A stretch of DNA of 64,000 nt from Candidatus Tenderia sp. (GCA_031416075.1 JANOSY010000043.1:1-64000), one strand, 5' to 3'. Counted from the first letter of the stretch, positions 30,445 through 42,892 are shown. Made by a program: numbers and translations. The notes: generated from the sequence alone by a model not told the origin.

Positions 30445-30816
30445 GTGACTGACCAACATCACGAAAAGAGACGCTTTAGCCGCATTCGTTTTGATGCCAA
30501 TGTGCTAATCAGCCAGAATGGCCAGGAGTGGCGTTCAAAACTGCTCGATATCTCGCTCAAAGGGGTGATGATCGAAGCACCTCCCAGATTGGATACCACA
30601 ATCGGCGAGCGCTTTCATTTCGAGGTGATTTTTACCGATAGCGGCAGCCTGATCAGTGGCAACGTCACCGTTGCCCATATTCGTGAGACACACATCGGCT
30701 TTGAGATCACACAGATCGATATTGAGGGTGCTGGCCATCTGCGCCGCCTGGTGGAGCTGAACATTGGTGATCCGGAGCTTTTGGAACGTGAACTGACGGC
30801 ACTACGCTGGCGTTGA
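30445..30816 (+). CDS. PilZ domain c-di-GMP-binding protein
   Basis: RRFSR and DISLKG motifs; HLRRLVELNIGD. Confidence 0.9.
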   Translation: MTDQHHEKRRFSRIRFDANVLISQNGQEWRSKLLDISLKGVMIEAPPRLDTTIGERFHFEVIFTDSGSLISGNVTVAHIRETHIGFEITQIDIEGAGHLRRLVELNIGDPELLERELTALRWR

Positions 30817-31346
30817 CCGATCCCTCACCCAAAAAACAGCTGATCCTGATACGCCACGCCAAATCAGCCTGGGAGAGTAACGTTTCTGACGACTATAACC
30901 GCCCCCTGGCACTGCGTGGTATCAATGACATTAACGCAATGGCCCATTGGCTAACCCACCAGACAACCAACATCGACCTGATCCTCAGCTCCAGCGCCAC
31001 ACGTGCCAAACAGACAACTGTACAACTCTGCCACGCCGCTAATCTCAACACTGCCAAGATCCATTGGCAAAAATCACTCTATCACGCAGCCCCTTCTACA
31101 CTGCTCAGTCATATTCACCAAGCACCTGCAACTGTCCGGCAGTTGATGCTCGTGGGCCACAATCCGGGACTGGACGAACTGTTAATGCAGCTCTGCCGCG
31201 ATCCCCCGCCACGCACCCAGAACGGCAAGCTGTTAACCACAGCAGCCATCGCTATTCTCACCCTGCCAGATGGCTGGCTGGCCCTTCAACCACATACCTG
31301 CCACCTAGCCCAGCTGATGCGCCCCAAACAGCTCACTGCGCACTGA
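30813..31346 (+). CDS. SixA-like histidine phosphatase
   Basis: LIRHAKS, RPL..RG, SS.TRA, VGHNPG. Confidence 0.9.
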   Translation: MTDPSPKKQLILIRHAKSAWESNVSDDYNRPLALRGINDINAMAHWLTHQTTNIDLILSSSATRAKQTTVQLCHAANLNTAKIHWQKSLYHAAPSTLLSHIHQAPATVRQLMLVGHNPGLDELLMQLCRDPPPRTQNGKLLTTAAIAILTLPDGWLALQPHTCHLAQLMRPKQLTAH

Positions 31347-31412
31347 TCCACCCCTACCAGCAAAAACCGTTATACTTTTCCCCTATCATCAATATGTTGC
31401 AGGATTAATCAC

Positions 31413-32915
31413 ATGCCCCATCAGAAGAAGCTTCCCGACTTTGTTGCAGCACTTGATCTTGGCTCCAACAGCTTCCACATGATCGTGGCACGGCTGCAGG
31501 AGGGGCAGCTGCACATCGTTGACCGAATGCGCGAAATGGTCCGGCTGGCCGATGGTCTGGATGAGAACCACTCAATCCGCCCGGCGGTGCAGCAGGTAGC
31601 ACTCGACTGCCTGCACCGTTTTGGCCAGCGGATTAAAGAACTGCCACACGGCGCGGTACGTGCCGTCGGTACCAACACCTTACGTAACGCCAGCAACTCA
31701 ATGGAGTTTCTGGCCCAGGCGGAGCAGGCACTGGGGCACCCCATCGACATTATTGCCGGCATCGAGGAGGCTCGCCTCATCTACCTCGGCGTCTCCCACA
31801 GTCTCGCCACCACGCCACAAAAACGGCTGGTGATGGATATTGGCGGCAGCAGCACTGAGCTGATTGTTGGCGAGAGTTTCTCCCCTGACTATATGGAGAG
31901 CATGGAGATGGGGTGTGTCACCCTGACACAACGTTTTTTCGGTGATGGCAAAATCAGCTCAGGCAACATCAAAAAAGCGCTGTTACATGCACGCCTGGAG
32001 CTGGAACCCCATCTCAACAACTATCGTAAATGGGGCTGGCAACAGGCCATCGGTGCCTCTGGCACTATTCGCGCTGTCCGCAGCGTGGTGGTTAAGGCGG
32101 ACTGGTGCAAGGGGGGCATCACCCTCTCTGCACTCAAAAAGCTGGTGGAGACACTGGAGGAGAGCGGCAAAATAGAGAACATCAAACTCGATGGCCTAAG
32201 CACCGAACGTGCATCCGTCTTTGTCGGTGGTGTCATCATCCTGCTGGCCATCTTTGAAGCACTGGGTATTGACGAGATGAGTGTCTCCGATGGCGCGCTG
32301 CGCGAAGGGCTGCTCTACGATCTACTGGGAAGATTACAACACGAAGATGTCCGCAGCCAGAGTGTCGAACATCTCACCCGCCGTTACCATCTCGACAGGG
32401 CCCACGCTGAGCGAGTCAGACTCACTGCCCAGTACTGTTTCCGACAAGCGGCGCTACCCTGGGGATTTGATGACGAGGATGAAAACCAGTGGTTAAACTG
32501 GGCCGCCACCCTGCACGAAACCGGGTTGGCCATTGCCCACAGCAGCCATCACCAACACGCCGCCTACATACTTGCCCACTCCGATATCCCCGGCTTTACC
32601 CAGCAGGAACAACGCATTTTAGCCACACTGGTCCGCAGCCATCGCCGCAAGTTTCCCGCCAAGAGTTTTAAAGAGCTGCCCAAGCAGTGGCAACGTCACG
32701 CCAAGGAGCTGGCCATACTGTTGCGGCTGGCCTGTATTCTTAATCGCAGCCGCAGCACTACACCACTGCCGGCCTTCACACTGATCGCCAGCGACCATCA
32801 GCTACATCTGCAATTTCCGGAAAACTGGCTCAGTGAGCGCCCACTTACCCACGCCGACCTGGATGAAGAGAAAGATCATCTTGAGGCCATCGATTATCAA
32901 CTCAGTTTTGAATAA
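31413..32915 (+). CDS. ppx: Exopolyphosphatase (Ppx/GppA family)
   Basis: DLGSNSFH, DIGGSSTE, GALREG, C-terminal HD-like domain. Confidence 0.93.
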   Translation: MPHQKKLPDFVAALDLGSNSFHMIVARLQEGQLHIVDRMREMVRLADGLDENHSIRPAVQQVALDCLHRFGQRIKELPHGAVRAVGTNTLRNASNSMEFLAQAEQALGHPIDIIAGIEEARLIYLGVSHSLATTPQKRLVMDIGGSSTELIVGESFSPDYMESMEMGCVTLTQRFFGDGKISSGNIKKALLHARLELEPHLNNYRKWGWQQAIGASGTIRAVRSVVVKADWCKGGITLSALKKLVETLEESGKIENIKLDGLSTERASVFVGGVIILLAIFEALGIDEMSVSDGALREGLLYDLLGRLQHEDVRSQSVEHLTRRYHLDRAHAERVRLTAQYCFRQAALPWGFDDEDENQWLNWAATLHETGLAIAHSSHHQHAAYILAHSDIPGFTQQEQRILATLVRSHRRKFPAKSFKELPKQWQRHAKELAILLRLACILNRSRSTTPLPAFTLIASDHQLHLQFPENWLSERPLTHADLDEEKDHLEAIDYQLSFE

Positions 32916-32969
32916 TCTATCCAGCACACCTTGAACGGTATTTTTGAACAACGGCCAGAGGGTAGCCTG

Positions 32970-33992
32970 CTAACCCAACAGCTGCTCGCTGGAGACCCCT
33001 TCCAGCTCCATGATCTTACGCAGCTTTCTTAACGCATCGACCTGGATCTGACGGACCCGCTCACGGGTAACGCCAATACGCTCCCCCACCTCTTCAAGGG
33101 TCGCCGCATCGTCACCGTTCAGGCCAAAGCGCTGCTCCACCACCTGACGCTGTTTATCATTGAGCTGGGATAACCACTCCGCCAGACAGATTTGTATCTC
33201 TTCCGTCTGCAACAGTACCGACGGGTCCGTCTGGCGCTCATCCGCAATCACATCCTGCAGTAACTTATCCTTGTCAAGAGTGGCTGAATCGAGCATTGAG
33301 AGCTGTTCGCTAAGCCCCATAATGTTCTGCACATCCATGACCGGCAGATCCAGTTTATTTGCCACCTCTTCCGGACTCGGCTCATGGTCCATACTTTGGG
33401 CCAGACGGCGGGCTGTTTTCTGGTAACTATTAATCTGTTTTACAACATGAACCGGCAAGCGAATGGTGCGGGTCTGGTTCATGATAGCCCGCTCGATGGT
33501 TTGACGAATCCACCAAGTGGCATAAGTGGAAAAACGATATCCCAGCTCGGGGTTAAACTTCTCAACCGAATGGATCAAACCAAGATTGCCCTCTTCGATC
33601 AGATCAAGAAAAGCGAGGCCACGATTCATATAGTAACGGGCAATTTTCACCACCAATCGGAGGTTGCTCTCAATCATGCGCTTGCGCGCCGCCCCATCGC
33701 CTGCCAGTGCCAGACGGGCAAAATGGACCTCTTCATCAGCAGTCAGTAAAGGAGAGAAACCTATTTCATTGAGGTAAATACGGGTAGCGTCAACGTTTGT
33801 ATCTAATGTATGCCAGACGGCTTTATCTTCAGCCACCCCTTTTACATGATCGTCAATATCCGCTAACCCAAGACTCTTTTTATCTTCAGAATCATCTTCA
33901 ACCGACCACTCAGCTTGAGAATCTATACCATCAACACTCTCACCTAACGTATCACTACCCTCAGTGCCCTGACTATTGTTGCCCACAACCAT
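32970..33992 (-). CDS. rpoS: RNA polymerase sigma factor RpoS
   Basis: [51 protein letters not shown]; downstream of nlpD. Confidence 0.94.
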   Translation of the reverse strand: MVVGNNSQGTEGSDTLGESVDGIDSQAEWSVEDDSEDKKSLGLADIDDHVKGVAEDKAVWHTLDTNVDATRIYLNEIGFSPLLTADEEVHFARLALAGDGAARKRMIESNLRLVVKIARYYMNRGLAFLDLIEEGNLGLIHSVEKFNPELGYRFSTYATWWIRQTIERAIMNQTRTIRLPVHVVKQINSYQKTARRLAQSMDHEPSPEEVANKLDLPVMDVQNIMGLSEQLSMLDSATLDKDKLLQDVIADERQTDPSVLLQTEEIQICLAEWLSQLNDKQRQVVEQRFGLNGDDAATLEEVGERIGVTRERVRQIQVDALRKLRKIMELEGVSSEQLLG

Positions 33993-34094
33993 GACCCCTC
34001 ATATTGCTGATGCGACTCGCCGAATTTAGAAGACTATAAAACCACCTGAATAAAACCGTTCCTCAAAATATTGACAATCTAAATGCGGACCAAT

Positions 34095-34883
34095 TTACGG
34101 AAGATAACGCAACGGGTCAACAGGCTTGCCATCAATGCGAATCTGAAAATGGAGCTGCACCCGCTCTGCCTCACTGCTACCCACATGGGCAATCACATCC
34201 CCCTGACTGATAACGCTCCCCTCTGCCACCAGAATTTTCTGATTATGACCATAGGCACTCAGATATTTATCATTATGTTTAATAATGACAAGGTTGCCGT
34301 ACCCCTTCAGACCATTACCGCTATACACCACCTTGCCCGCTGCCGCCGCGTACACCGGTGCCCCCAGTGGTGCAACAATATCCAGACCCTGATTGGCCGG
34401 CGAATTTAGATTAAATCTCGCCACGACCCGCCCCTTAACCGGCCATATCCAGGTTACATCAACCCTCAACACAGGTTCTATCTTGCCTGGGGGCACAGGT
34501 TTAGGGGGGACTGAAACACCTGATGGTATTGGCGGTGCCGTCGCAACACGCTCTTTGACAGGTAATACCTTATTACCGCTCTCGCCAGCCATTGCTGAAG
34601 GGGGTGGTTTGGGATCGGTTGTGGCCAACGTCCGCACTGCCGCCCCACCACTGGGCGGGGCCACACGCACCCAATCCCCCGCGTGGATCACATAAGGCGG
34701 GGCAATACCATTCCACGACGCGATCTGGCGATAATCCTGACCATAGCGCCAGCCTATAGAGTAGAGGGTGTCATCGGGGCGAACCTGATGGTAAACGTGA
34801 CTGCCACAGCCGGCAAACAGAAGCAGCAGCCCCATGGTAAAACCTAGGGTAAGGGACGCCTTGGACCTTTCATACATGAACAC
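34095..34883 (-). CDS. nlpD: LysM/M23 lipoprotein NlpD
   Basis: Lipobox LFAGC, LysM (DTLYSIGWRYG), M23 (GYGNLVIIKH, LHFQIR); start uncertain. Confidence 0.92.
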   Translation of the reverse strand: MFMYERSKASLTLGFTMGLLLLFAGCGSHVYHQVRPDDTLYSIGWRYGQDYRQIASWNGIAPPYVIHAGDWVRVAPPSGGAAVRTLATTDPKPPPSAMAGESGNKVLPVKERVATAPPIPSGVSVPPKPVPPGKIEPVLRVDVTWIWPVKGRVVARFNLNSPANQGLDIVAPLGAPVYAAAAGKVVYSGNGLKGYGNLVIIKHNDKYLSAYGHNQKILVAEGSVISQGDVIAHVGSSEAERVQLHFQIRIDGKPVDPLRYLP

Positions 34884-34905
34884 AACGAATTACAACTACC
34901 CACAG

Positions 34906-35493
34906 TTATTTGAAGGTAATAACAAGATAAAGCACTAGTGCCAAAATGACAAAAAGCCACCCTAAACGGTCAACATAACGACGCAGCAAACTGTTCATCC
35001 GCTCCCCTCCCCACAAGATCAACCCCGCCACCAGGAAACAGCGGCCACCAGGCCAATGATCGAAGCGAGTAGAAACGGGATAAAAACCATTCCCACGGTG
35101 CCCGCGATGCCCGCGGCTATGGTGAACACCTTATATGGAATAAGGGAAAAACCGGCCAGCAACACTACCCAGAAGCCCCACACTGCAAACCACTCAACAG
35201 CCGTTTGAAACGTCTGCCAATAACCAAACTGGTGCAGCAACGGCTCGATAAACTCAAACGCAAACATACCAATCAGGTAACCAAATACTCCACCCAGCAC
35301 AGAGGCAACCGTTGTAATAGCAGCATAGTGTCAGGCACGCGCCGGACGGACCAGCGCCATCGGTGCCAGCATCACATCAGGCGGTATCGGAAAAAAATGA
35401 CTCTGCAAAACTCATGGCCGCCAAATACCAGGAGGCATAGCGGTGACCTGCCCATGAGAGCACCAGATCATAGATACGTGAAAAGAGTTTCAT
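34906..35493 (-). pseudogene. yqaA: YqaA (DedA/VTT family) membrane protein pseudogene
   Basis: Reconstructs to [38 protein letters not shown]..; frameshift in the A7 run at 35391-35397, TGA at 35331-35333, second frameshift near 35050. Confidence 0.85.
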
Positions 35494-36164
35494 CAACGAC
35501 TGCCAGGCAATAGCGGCACAAAGCTAACCTCTTCAATTACATCCCTATCAAACCCCGTAGGGGTACGGGTGACCATATTCAACTGCTGTTTACCATTCAC
35601 CCCCACGGGGGCAATCAGTCGCCCACCCTCAGCCAGTTGTGCCAACAATCCTTCCGGGATTTTAGAGGGGGCAGCGGTCACAATAATCGCATCAAATGGA
35701 CCATGCTCTTTCCAGCCCATATGGCCGTCATAATGTTTTAACCGAACGTTATAAAGTTTCAGTTCACGCATCCGCTGCCGGGCACGATTCAACAGCGCAC
35801 CAATACGCTCAATACTAAACACATGCTCCACCAACTGCGCTAATACCGCCGCCTGATAACCCGAACCCGTACCAATCTCAAGCACCTTATTTGCCGGACC
35901 ACTCTCAAGCAGCAGTTGTGTCATACGGGCAACTATATACGGTTGTGAAATAGTCTGGCCAAAGCCGATAGGCAGGGCGGTATCATCATAGGCACGACTG
36001 GCCAACGCTTCATCAACAAAAATGTGACGGGGGGTATTCAAAATTACATCCAGAACAGCACGACTGCTAATACCCGCATCGCTTAATCGGGTGATTAAAC
36101 GCTCGCGGGTACGCTGCGAGGTCATTCCAATGCCGCGAAATTGACTAACCGTCAAGCTACTCAA
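35493..36164 (-). CDS. pcm: Protein-L-isoaspartate O-methyltransferase
   Basis: [33 protein letters not shown]. Confidence 0.96.
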   Translation of the reverse strand: MSSLTVSQFRGIGMTSQRTRERLITRLSDAGISSRAVLDVILNTPRHIFVDEALASRAYDDTALPIGFGQTISQPYIVARMTQLLLESGPANKVLEIGTGSGYQAAVLAQLVEHVFSIERIGALLNRARQRMRELKLYNVRLKHYDGHMGWKEHGPFDAIIVTAAPSKIPEGLLAQLAEGGRLIAPVGVNGKQQLNMVTRTPTGFDRDVIEEVSFVPLLPGSR

Positions 36165-36906
36165 CCCCTTTTAACCAATTCGCCACCTGCTCCAGAGCGG
36201 TATAACGGGTCAGGTCAATCTGTATCGGAGTCACCGAAACCCGGTTGTAACGAATGGCATGAAAATCCGTACCAGGGCCAGCATCCTGTTCTAAACCCGC
36301 CGGCCCCACCCAATAGATATCACGGCCACGTGGATCCTGAGTTTTTATCACCGCTTCAGCTTTATGGCGTCGTCCCAAACGGGTGGCCTCAAACCCTTCA
36401 ATCTGCTCCCAGAGGATATTAGGTACATTGACATTAAGAATCGTGTCCGCAGGCAGTGGATCACGCTGCAACTGTTTGATCAACATGATCGCCGCACGTG
36501 CGGCCGTCTCATAATGGATCAAAGCCTCCCCGGCCAGTGAGACTGCAATCGCCGGATAGCCAAGAAAACGCCCCTCTGTCGCCGCAGCCACAGTCCCTGA
36601 ATAGAGCACATCATCGCCTAAATTGGCACCCGCATTAATACCTGCCACCACCATATCCGGAGCAAATTCCAACAGCCCTGTTAACGCCAAGTGGACACAG
36701 TCTGTCGGTGTGCCATCAACAAAGGTCACGCCTGGGGAGACCTCCGTAGCGCGGAGTGGATACTCTAGAGTCAGGGAGTTACTGGCACCACTACGATTAC
36801 GCTCAGGGGCCACTACAGTAACATCAGCTATGCTACGCAGGGCCTCCGCCAAGCAACGTATACCACGGGCTTGATAACCATCATCATTACTAACCAAGAT
36901 GCGCAT
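36157..36906 (-). CDS. surE: 5'/3'-nucleotidase SurE
   Basis: [24 protein letters not shown]. Confidence 0.97.
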   Translation of the reverse strand: MRILVSNDDGYQARGIRCLAEALRSIADVTVVAPERNRSGASNSLTLEYPLRATEVSPGVTFVDGTPTDCVHLALTGLLEFAPDMVVAGINAGANLGDDVLYSGTVAAATEGRFLGYPAIAVSLAGEALIHYETAARAAIMLIKQLQRDPLPADTILNVNVPNILWEQIEGFEATRLGRRHKAEAVIKTQDPRGRDIYWVGPAGLEQDAGPGTDFHAIRYNRVSVTPIQIDLTRYTALEQVANWLKGVE

Positions 36907-36953
36907 CAAAAGCCTCTATCAACACAAAAACAGGTACCACTACAAACCCGCTG

Positions 36954-38387
36954 TTACATAACAACAATACACCACTGCATCAAAGCCGCCGGGAAAATCC
37001 CCAGTGCCAGCATACCCAAGCTATTAAGCGAAATCACAATACGCATATCCATACCCGCCTCAATCTTAGCGGTATCTTCCGGCTTGTCGAAATAGATGGT
37101 TTTGATAATACGCAGGTAGTAAAACGCACCAACCACAGAAAAGACTACTGCAGTGACTGCCAACCACACCAGATCAACTTGGACAATGGATTGCAACACA
37201 GAAAGTTTGGCGTAAAAACCAACAGTTGGTGGCACACCCGCCATCGAGAACATCAGGATCATCATCATCGCAGCCAACCACGGACTACGTTCATTCAAAC
37301 CTTTAAAGTCGTCAATATTATCAGCCTCAAAACCGGCACGACTGAGTACAATAATCATACCAAACGCCCCCATACTCGTCAGCGCGTAAACCACTACGTA
37401 AAACATAGACGCCGAATAACCGTTCTCTGTCCCGGCCAATATACCCAACAAAATAAAACCCACATGGGAAATTGTTGAGTAAGCAAGCATGCGTTTAAGA
37501 TTGGTCTGGGCAATGGCAACAACATTACCTATGACGATAGAGAGAATCGCCAAAACCACCAGCATCGTCTGCCAATGGCCGTGCAGATCGCCCAGCCCTT
37601 CCACCAACAGGCGCATCACCATGGCAAACGCAGCGATCTTCGGGGCAGCACCAATGTACATGGTGACTGGCGTAGGGGCACCCTGGTACACATCAGGCAC
37701 CCACATGTGAAATGGTACTGCACCAAGTTTAAAGGCTAAACCAACAACTACAAACGCAAGTCCCAACAGCAATATGATGTTATTCGGACTCTGTGCCACA
37801 ACAGCGCTGATCCCGGCAATATCAAGCGTACCAGCAACACCATAAAGCATGGACATACCATAAAGAAGCATCCCAGACGCTAACGCCCCCAACACAAAAT
37901 ACTTCATCGCGGCTTCGGTCGCGCTCAATGAGTCACGTTGGAAAGCAACCATGGCATACAGCGACAGTGACAACAATTCAAGCCCCATATAGAGCGTCAA
38001 CATACTGTGAGCCGAAACCATCACCATCATGCCAAGCACACCAAGCAGGCCAAGTACAAAATACTCGCCCTTAAACAGGCCTCGCTGCTTCAAATATTGA
38101 CGGGAATAGATAAAAACAACAGCGGTAACCAGATAGATAAAGACCTTCAGCACGTTGCCCATCGGGTCACTAACAAACATATCATTAAAGGTTAAAATCC
38201 GCCCCGTTTCCGACAGGCTGATAGTCAACATCATTGCACCCACCAAGGTACCGATTGCCAGAACAAAAGTGACTATACGGTCATTATCTTTAATAAAAAG
38301 ATCAAATATCAAAATGATACAAGCCATGGTCAGCACGAATATTTCGGGCAACGCCGGCACAAAATTTGGTATTTCAAAATTCACCAT
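36954..38387 (-). CDS. nuoN: NADH-quinone oxidoreductase subunit N
   Basis: [32 protein letters not shown]. Confidence 0.96.
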   Translation of the reverse strand: MVNFEIPNFVPALPEIFVLTMACIILIFDLFIKDNDRIVTFVLAIGTLVGAMMLTISLSETGRILTFNDMFVSDPMGNVLKVFIYLVTAVVFIYSRQYLKQRGLFKGEYFVLGLLGVLGMMVMVSAHSMLTLYMGLELLSLSLYAMVAFQRDSLSATEAAMKYFVLGALASGMLLYGMSMLYGVAGTLDIAGISAVVAQSPNNIILLLGLAFVVVGLAFKLGAVPFHMWVPDVYQGAPTPVTMYIGAAPKIAAFAMVMRLLVEGLGDLHGHWQTMLVVLAILSIVIGNVVAIAQTNLKRMLAYSTISHVGFILLGILAGTENGYSASMFYVVVYALTSMGAFGMIIVLSRAGFEADNIDDFKGLNERSPWLAAMMMILMFSMAGVPPTVGFYAKLSVLQSIVQVDLVWLAVTAVVFSVVGAFYYLRIIKTIYFDKPEDTAKIEAGMDMRIVISLNSLGMLALGIFPAALMQWCIVVM

Positions 38388-38424
38388 AACGATTATTCTC
38401 TTAACCTTCTGTGCTTTTGTTATG

Positions 38425-39939
38425 TTACAGCTTAGATGTCACTGCCTGTTGCAGCAGATGCCCAACCGTTGGATGCATCACCTCCAGCAAAGGTGCAGGC
38501 CAGATACCAAACAACAAAATCAACGCTGCCAACGAACCCAACACCAATGCTTCACGGGCATTTATATCTTTCAGTACTGCCACATTATCATTTTTAATCT
38601 CACCAAAAACCACGCGTTTAACCAGCCACAGACTATAAGCAGCACCCAAAATCAGCGTGGTCGCAGCAAGGAATGCGTACCAGAAATTGGCCTGGAAAGC
38701 ACTCAGGATTACAAAAAACTCACCGACAAACCCCGACGTCCCTGGCAACCCGGCATTAGACATGGCAAAGAAAACCATAAACGCAGCAAACCACGGCATA
38801 GTGTTCGCCACACCACCATAATCACTGATCCTGCGGCTATGCATGCGGTCATACAATACACCGATGCAAAGGAACATTGCGCCGGAGATGAACCCATGGG
38901 AGATCATCTGCACCATCGCACCTTCCATACCAAGTGCTGCACCTGAGGTACTACCCGTCTGTTGATAGATGCCAAAGACTAAAAAGAAACCAAGCGTCAC
39001 AAATCCCATATGAGAGATTGATGAATAGGCCACCAGTTTTTTCATATCCTCCTGGACCAGTGCCACCAATGCGATATAGACCACCGCCACAAGCGACATT
39101 GTAATCACCAGCCAATCAAGTTCGTTACTGGCATCAGGGGTAATTGGCAACATAAAACGGAGGAAACCATAGGCCCCTAGCTTTAACATGATCGCTGCCA
39201 AAATAACGGAACCACCGGTGGGGGCCTCAACGTGGGCATCAGGCAACCAAGTGTGCACTGGCCACATAGGCACTTTTACCGCAAAGGCAATCAAGAACGC
39301 TAGGAAGATCAATATCTGGGCTGTCAGCCCTATCTGCACCGACTGGAAATCCAGAATGGAAAAATTACCTGTCTGGAAGTAGAGATAGATCAGTGCAATC
39401 AACAAAAAGACTGAACCAAAGAAGGTATAGAGAAAGAACTTAATGGTGGCATATACACGCCGTACACCACCCCAGATTCCGATTACCAAAAACATTGGAA
39501 TCAGCATGCCTTCCCAAAAAACGTAGAACAGCACCGCATCGAGCGCTGCAAATACACCGTTCATCATGCCTTCCATAATCAAAAAGCAAGCCATGTACTG
39601 AGCGGTTTTATGTTCAATCACTTCCCACGCTGCAACCACCACTAGAATGGTGGTAAAGGAGGTGAGCAGAATCAACGGCATAGAGACACCATCAATACCT
39701 ACGTGATAGAAAACATTAAACGCAGGTATCCATGAATACTGCTCAACAAACTGCATCTGATGTGTGGTCAGGTCAAAGCCTGTATAAAGCGGAATTGAGA
39801 CCGCAAAGGCAATAATCGCCCAGGCCAGTGATGACCAGCGTACTAAATCCTTATTGCCGGTGGCACCAAGTGCCAACACCATCAAACCACCAATAATAGG
39901 CAGCCAGATAACTAAACTGAGGAGCGGTAAATCTGACAT
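38425..39939 (-). CDS. nuoM: NADH-quinone oxidoreductase subunit M
   Basis: [20 protein letters not shown]. Confidence 0.96.
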   Translation of the reverse strand: MSDLPLLSLVIWLPIIGGLMVLALGATGNKDLVRWSSLAWAIIAFAVSIPLYTGFDLTTHQMQFVEQYSWIPAFNVFYHVGIDGVSMPLILLTSFTTILVVVAAWEVIEHKTAQYMACFLIMEGMMNGVFAALDAVLFYVFWEGMLIPMFLVIGIWGGVRRVYATIKFFLYTFFGSVFLLIALIYLYFQTGNFSILDFQSVQIGLTAQILIFLAFLIAFAVKVPMWPVHTWLPDAHVEAPTGGSVILAAIMLKLGAYGFLRFMLPITPDASNELDWLVITMSLVAVVYIALVALVQEDMKKLVAYSSISHMGFVTLGFFLVFGIYQQTGSTSGAALGMEGAMVQMISHGFISGAMFLCIGVLYDRMHSRRISDYGGVANTMPWFAAFMVFFAMSNAGLPGTSGFVGEFFVILSAFQANFWYAFLAATTLILGAAYSLWLVKRVVFGEIKNDNVAVLKDINAREALVLGSLAALILLFGIWPAPLLEVMHPTVGHLLQQAVTSKL

Positions 39940-39959
39940 TCAATCCAATCCCTTTATTC

Positions 39960-41915
39960 TTATGCGTAGGCCAGTAGCCAACTCATCAAAACTAGCAAGC
40001 CAATAATCATCGCAAAGGCGTAATGGTAGAGATAACCTGTTTGCAAATGACGAACCACGCCAGCCGCTCGGCCAATCAGATTGGCGGTACCGTTAACCAT
40101 TACCCCATCAATACCTTTCACATCCCCTATCTGCCAGAAAAATTTCCCAGCCTTAAGACTGCCCAACGCAAAAAACGCAGCGTTGAATTTATCAAAGAAA
40201 TAGGCATTATCGAGGAGCTTGTAAATGCCACCAAAACGAGCTTTGATTGTCGCAGGAAGCTCCGGACGTTTCATATAGAGATACCAAGCCGTGAAAACCC
40301 CCGCCATTGCCAGCCAGAATGGGGGTGCCATCATTCCATGCACAATAAAGCCCATCACCCCCGTGTAATGCTCACCCAAATGCGCTAATACATCATTCTG
40401 CTCACTAACAAAAATGGTATCGCCAAAATAATCACCAAAGAGCAATGGACCTACCGCAATAGCACCAATCACTACCGACGGTATTGCCAACAGAATCAGT
40501 GGCAAAGTAATCACTGCCGGTGATTCATGTAAATGCTCCTTGGTATGGTGATCCATACGCTCTTTACCATGGAACACCAGAAAGAACATCCGGAAGCTAT
40601 AGAGCGCTGTGACAAAAACACCCAACAGGACCGCCACATAAGCAAACGTTGCGGCAGGGTTATCCGAAGCGTGCACCGCTTCAATGATAGCGTCTTTTGA
40701 GAAAAAGCCTGCAAACCCAGGAAAACCAATCAGCGCCAGCGAACCGATCAACATACACCAATAGGTAATGGGCATATATTTTTTCAGACCGCCCATCTTG
40801 CGGATGTCCTGTTCATGATGCATCGCCACAATGACCGAACCGGCAGCCAGAAACAGCAGCGCCTTAAAGAAGGCGTGAGTCATGAGATGAAAAATACCCG
40901 CAGCATAGGCCGAGGCACCCAAAGCAACCGTCATATAACCGAGCTGTGAGAGCGTCGAATAGGCAACCACACGTTTAATATCGTTCTGAATCAGGCCAAG
41001 AAACCCCATAAACAGCGCTGTTATTGCACCAATCACCAACACCACACTCAACGCGGTAGTGGACAACTCAAACAGTGGGGACATACGTGCCACCATAAAT
41101 ATACCGGCAGTTACCATCGTTGCCGCATGAATCAGTGCAGATATTGGAGTAGGGCCTTCCATTGAATCAGGCAACCAGACATGCAGAGGAACCTGCGCCG
41201 ATTTACCCATTGCACCAATAAAAAGCAGTATGCAGATAACAGTCATCAATGACCAATCAATCCCAGGTAACACCTGAATGGTCAGCCCCGCCATCTCTGG
41301 AGCGGCTTTAAATACATCCGCATAATCAAGACTGTTGAAGTACATCAGCACCGCAGCAATTCCAAGCAGAAAGCCAAAGTCTCCTACACGGTTAACCAAA
41401 AATGCCTTCATGTTTGCATAGATGGCAGTCTCTTTTTTGTACCAGAAGCCGATGAGCAAGTATGAAACCAATCCCACTGCCTCCCAACCAAAAAACAGCT
41501 GCATGAAATTATTGGCCATAACCAGCATTAACATCGAGAAGGTAAAGAGCGAGATATAGCTGAAAAAGCGTTGATAACCTGGGTCGTCCCGCATGTAACC
41601 AACGGTATAGATATGCACCATAAGGGATACAAACGTCACCACCATCATCATGGTGGCTGTCAGTTCATCAATTAAAAAACCAACTTCAAACGCGATGCCA
41701 TCGCTAACAGCCCAGCTATAGACCGTGGCATTATAGATGACACCATTATTAAGAATGATGTCATTAAATACGAGCACAGAGAGACCAAACGCAACAGCCA
41801 CACCTATAATAGTCACCCAATGGGCACCACTACGACCCACCTGTCGGCCAAACAGACCCGCAATAATGGCCCCCAGTAACGGGGCAAGCACAATGCCGAG
41901 ATAGATGTTTTCCAT
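39960..41915 (-). CDS. nuoL: NADH-quinone oxidoreductase subunit L
   Basis: GKSAQVPLHVWLPDSMEGPTP, HAFFKALLFL. Confidence 0.97.
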   Translation of the reverse strand: MENIYLGIVLAPLLGAIIAGLFGRQVGRSGAHWVTIIGVAVAFGLSVLVFNDIILNNGVIYNATVYSWAVSDGIAFEVGFLIDELTATMMMVVTFVSLMVHIYTVGYMRDDPGYQRFFSYISLFTFSMLMLVMANNFMQLFFGWEAVGLVSYLLIGFWYKKETAIYANMKAFLVNRVGDFGFLLGIAAVLMYFNSLDYADVFKAAPEMAGLTIQVLPGIDWSLMTVICILLFIGAMGKSAQVPLHVWLPDSMEGPTPISALIHAATMVTAGIFMVARMSPLFELSTTALSVVLVIGAITALFMGFLGLIQNDIKRVVAYSTLSQLGYMTVALGASAYAAGIFHLMTHAFFKALLFLAAGSVIVAMHHEQDIRKMGGLKKYMPITYWCMLIGSLALIGFPGFAGFFSKDAIIEAVHASDNPAATFAYVAVLLGVFVTALYSFRMFFLVFHGKERMDHHTKEHLHESPAVITLPLILLAIPSVVIGAIAVGPLLFGDYFGDTIFVSEQNDVLAHLGEHYTGVMGFIVHGMMAPPFWLAMAGVFTAWYLYMKRPELPATIKARFGGIYKLLDNAYFFDKFNAAFFALGSLKAGKFFWQIGDVKGIDGVMVNGTANLIGRAAGVVRHLQTGYLYHYAFAMIIGLLVLMSWLLAYA

Positions 41916-41924
41916 AATTATTTC

Positions 41925-42230
41925 CTATCCCTTCAACGTATCAAGTTGTTCTACATTGATAGTACGGCGATTACGGAACCACACCACCAGAATTGCCAAA
42001 CCAATAGCTGCCTCAGCTGCGGCCACTGTCAATATAAAAAACACAAATACCTGCCCTGACAGATCACTTAAAAAGTATGAGAAGGCTACAAAATTCATGT
42101 TAACCGCCAGCAACATCAACTCAATTGCCATCAACAAAACAATGACATTTTTTCTATTCAGGAAAATACCCGCCACACCTATACAAAAGAGGATGGCGCC
42201 CAGCACTAAAAAATGTGACAGTGAAATCAT
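41925..42230 (-). CDS. nuoK: NADH-quinone oxidoreductase subunit K
   Basis: [15 protein letters not shown]. Confidence 0.96.
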   Translation of the reverse strand: MISLSHFLVLGAILFCIGVAGIFLNRKNVIVLLMAIELMLLAVNMNFVAFSYFLSDLSGQVFVFFILTVAAAEAAIGLAILVVWFRNRRTINVEQLDTLKG

Positions 42231-42263
42231 GCTTCCCTCTAACCCCAGTCTATTGTGGATCGC

Positions 42264-42878
42264 TTATGTAGCAGAACCATCATTCTTCTTTTCAGACGCC
42301 ATTTTTACAATGCGTACTCGGTCATCCCGACGAACAGCAACCTGCTCCCCGATATTTTGAACCTTGGTATTAGGGCGACGGCGCATTGTCAAAATAATCG
42401 CGGCAATAATTGCAACCACCAGAACCACCGCAGCCAACTCAAAGGCATACACATAATCGGTATAAAGCACACGCCCCAACTCTTTGGTATTACTATAATC
42501 TGCCGCATGCCTGACGGGTGCTGGCATCTGTTCCAGACCAAACTCTTTTCTGCCAACAACCGCTATCAACTCAAGAAGAACTATCAACGCCACTGGCACG
42601 CCTACATAGGCATTTTTGACAAACCCCTCGCGAAGTACAGAAATATTAATGTCCAACATCATAACCACAAACAGAAACAGTACCATCACGGCCCCAACGT
42701 AGACCAGCACCAGGGTAATGGCAAGAAACTCAGCCTCCATCATTAACCAAATGGCTGCACAAGTAAAAAAGGCCAACACCAGAAACAATACTGCATGCAC
42801 CGGGTTACGGACTGTAATCACCGCCAGGGATGACGCCACCAACACGGCAGAAAAAAGATAAAAAATTACTGATTCCAT
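42264..42878 (-). CDS. nuoJ: NADH-quinone oxidoreductase subunit J
   Basis: NPVHA, AEFL, VYVGAVMVLFLFVVMML. Confidence 0.96.
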   Translation of the reverse strand: MESVIFYLFSAVLVASSLAVITVRNPVHAVLFLVLAFFTCAAIWLMMEAEFLAITLVLVYVGAVMVLFLFVVMMLDINISVLREGFVKNAYVGVPVALIVLLELIAVVGRKEFGLEQMPAPVRHAADYSNTKELGRVLYTDYVYAFELAAVVLVVAIIAAIILTMRRRPNTKVQNIGEQVAVRRDDRVRIVKMASEKKNDGSAT

Positions 42879-42892
42879 ATAGTATCGCTCAC

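Noticed and set aside
35331-35333. In-frame TGA in yqaA as Trp/Sec recoding
   Set aside because: Two further frameshifts occur in the same gene, and TGA serves as a normal stop throughout the window
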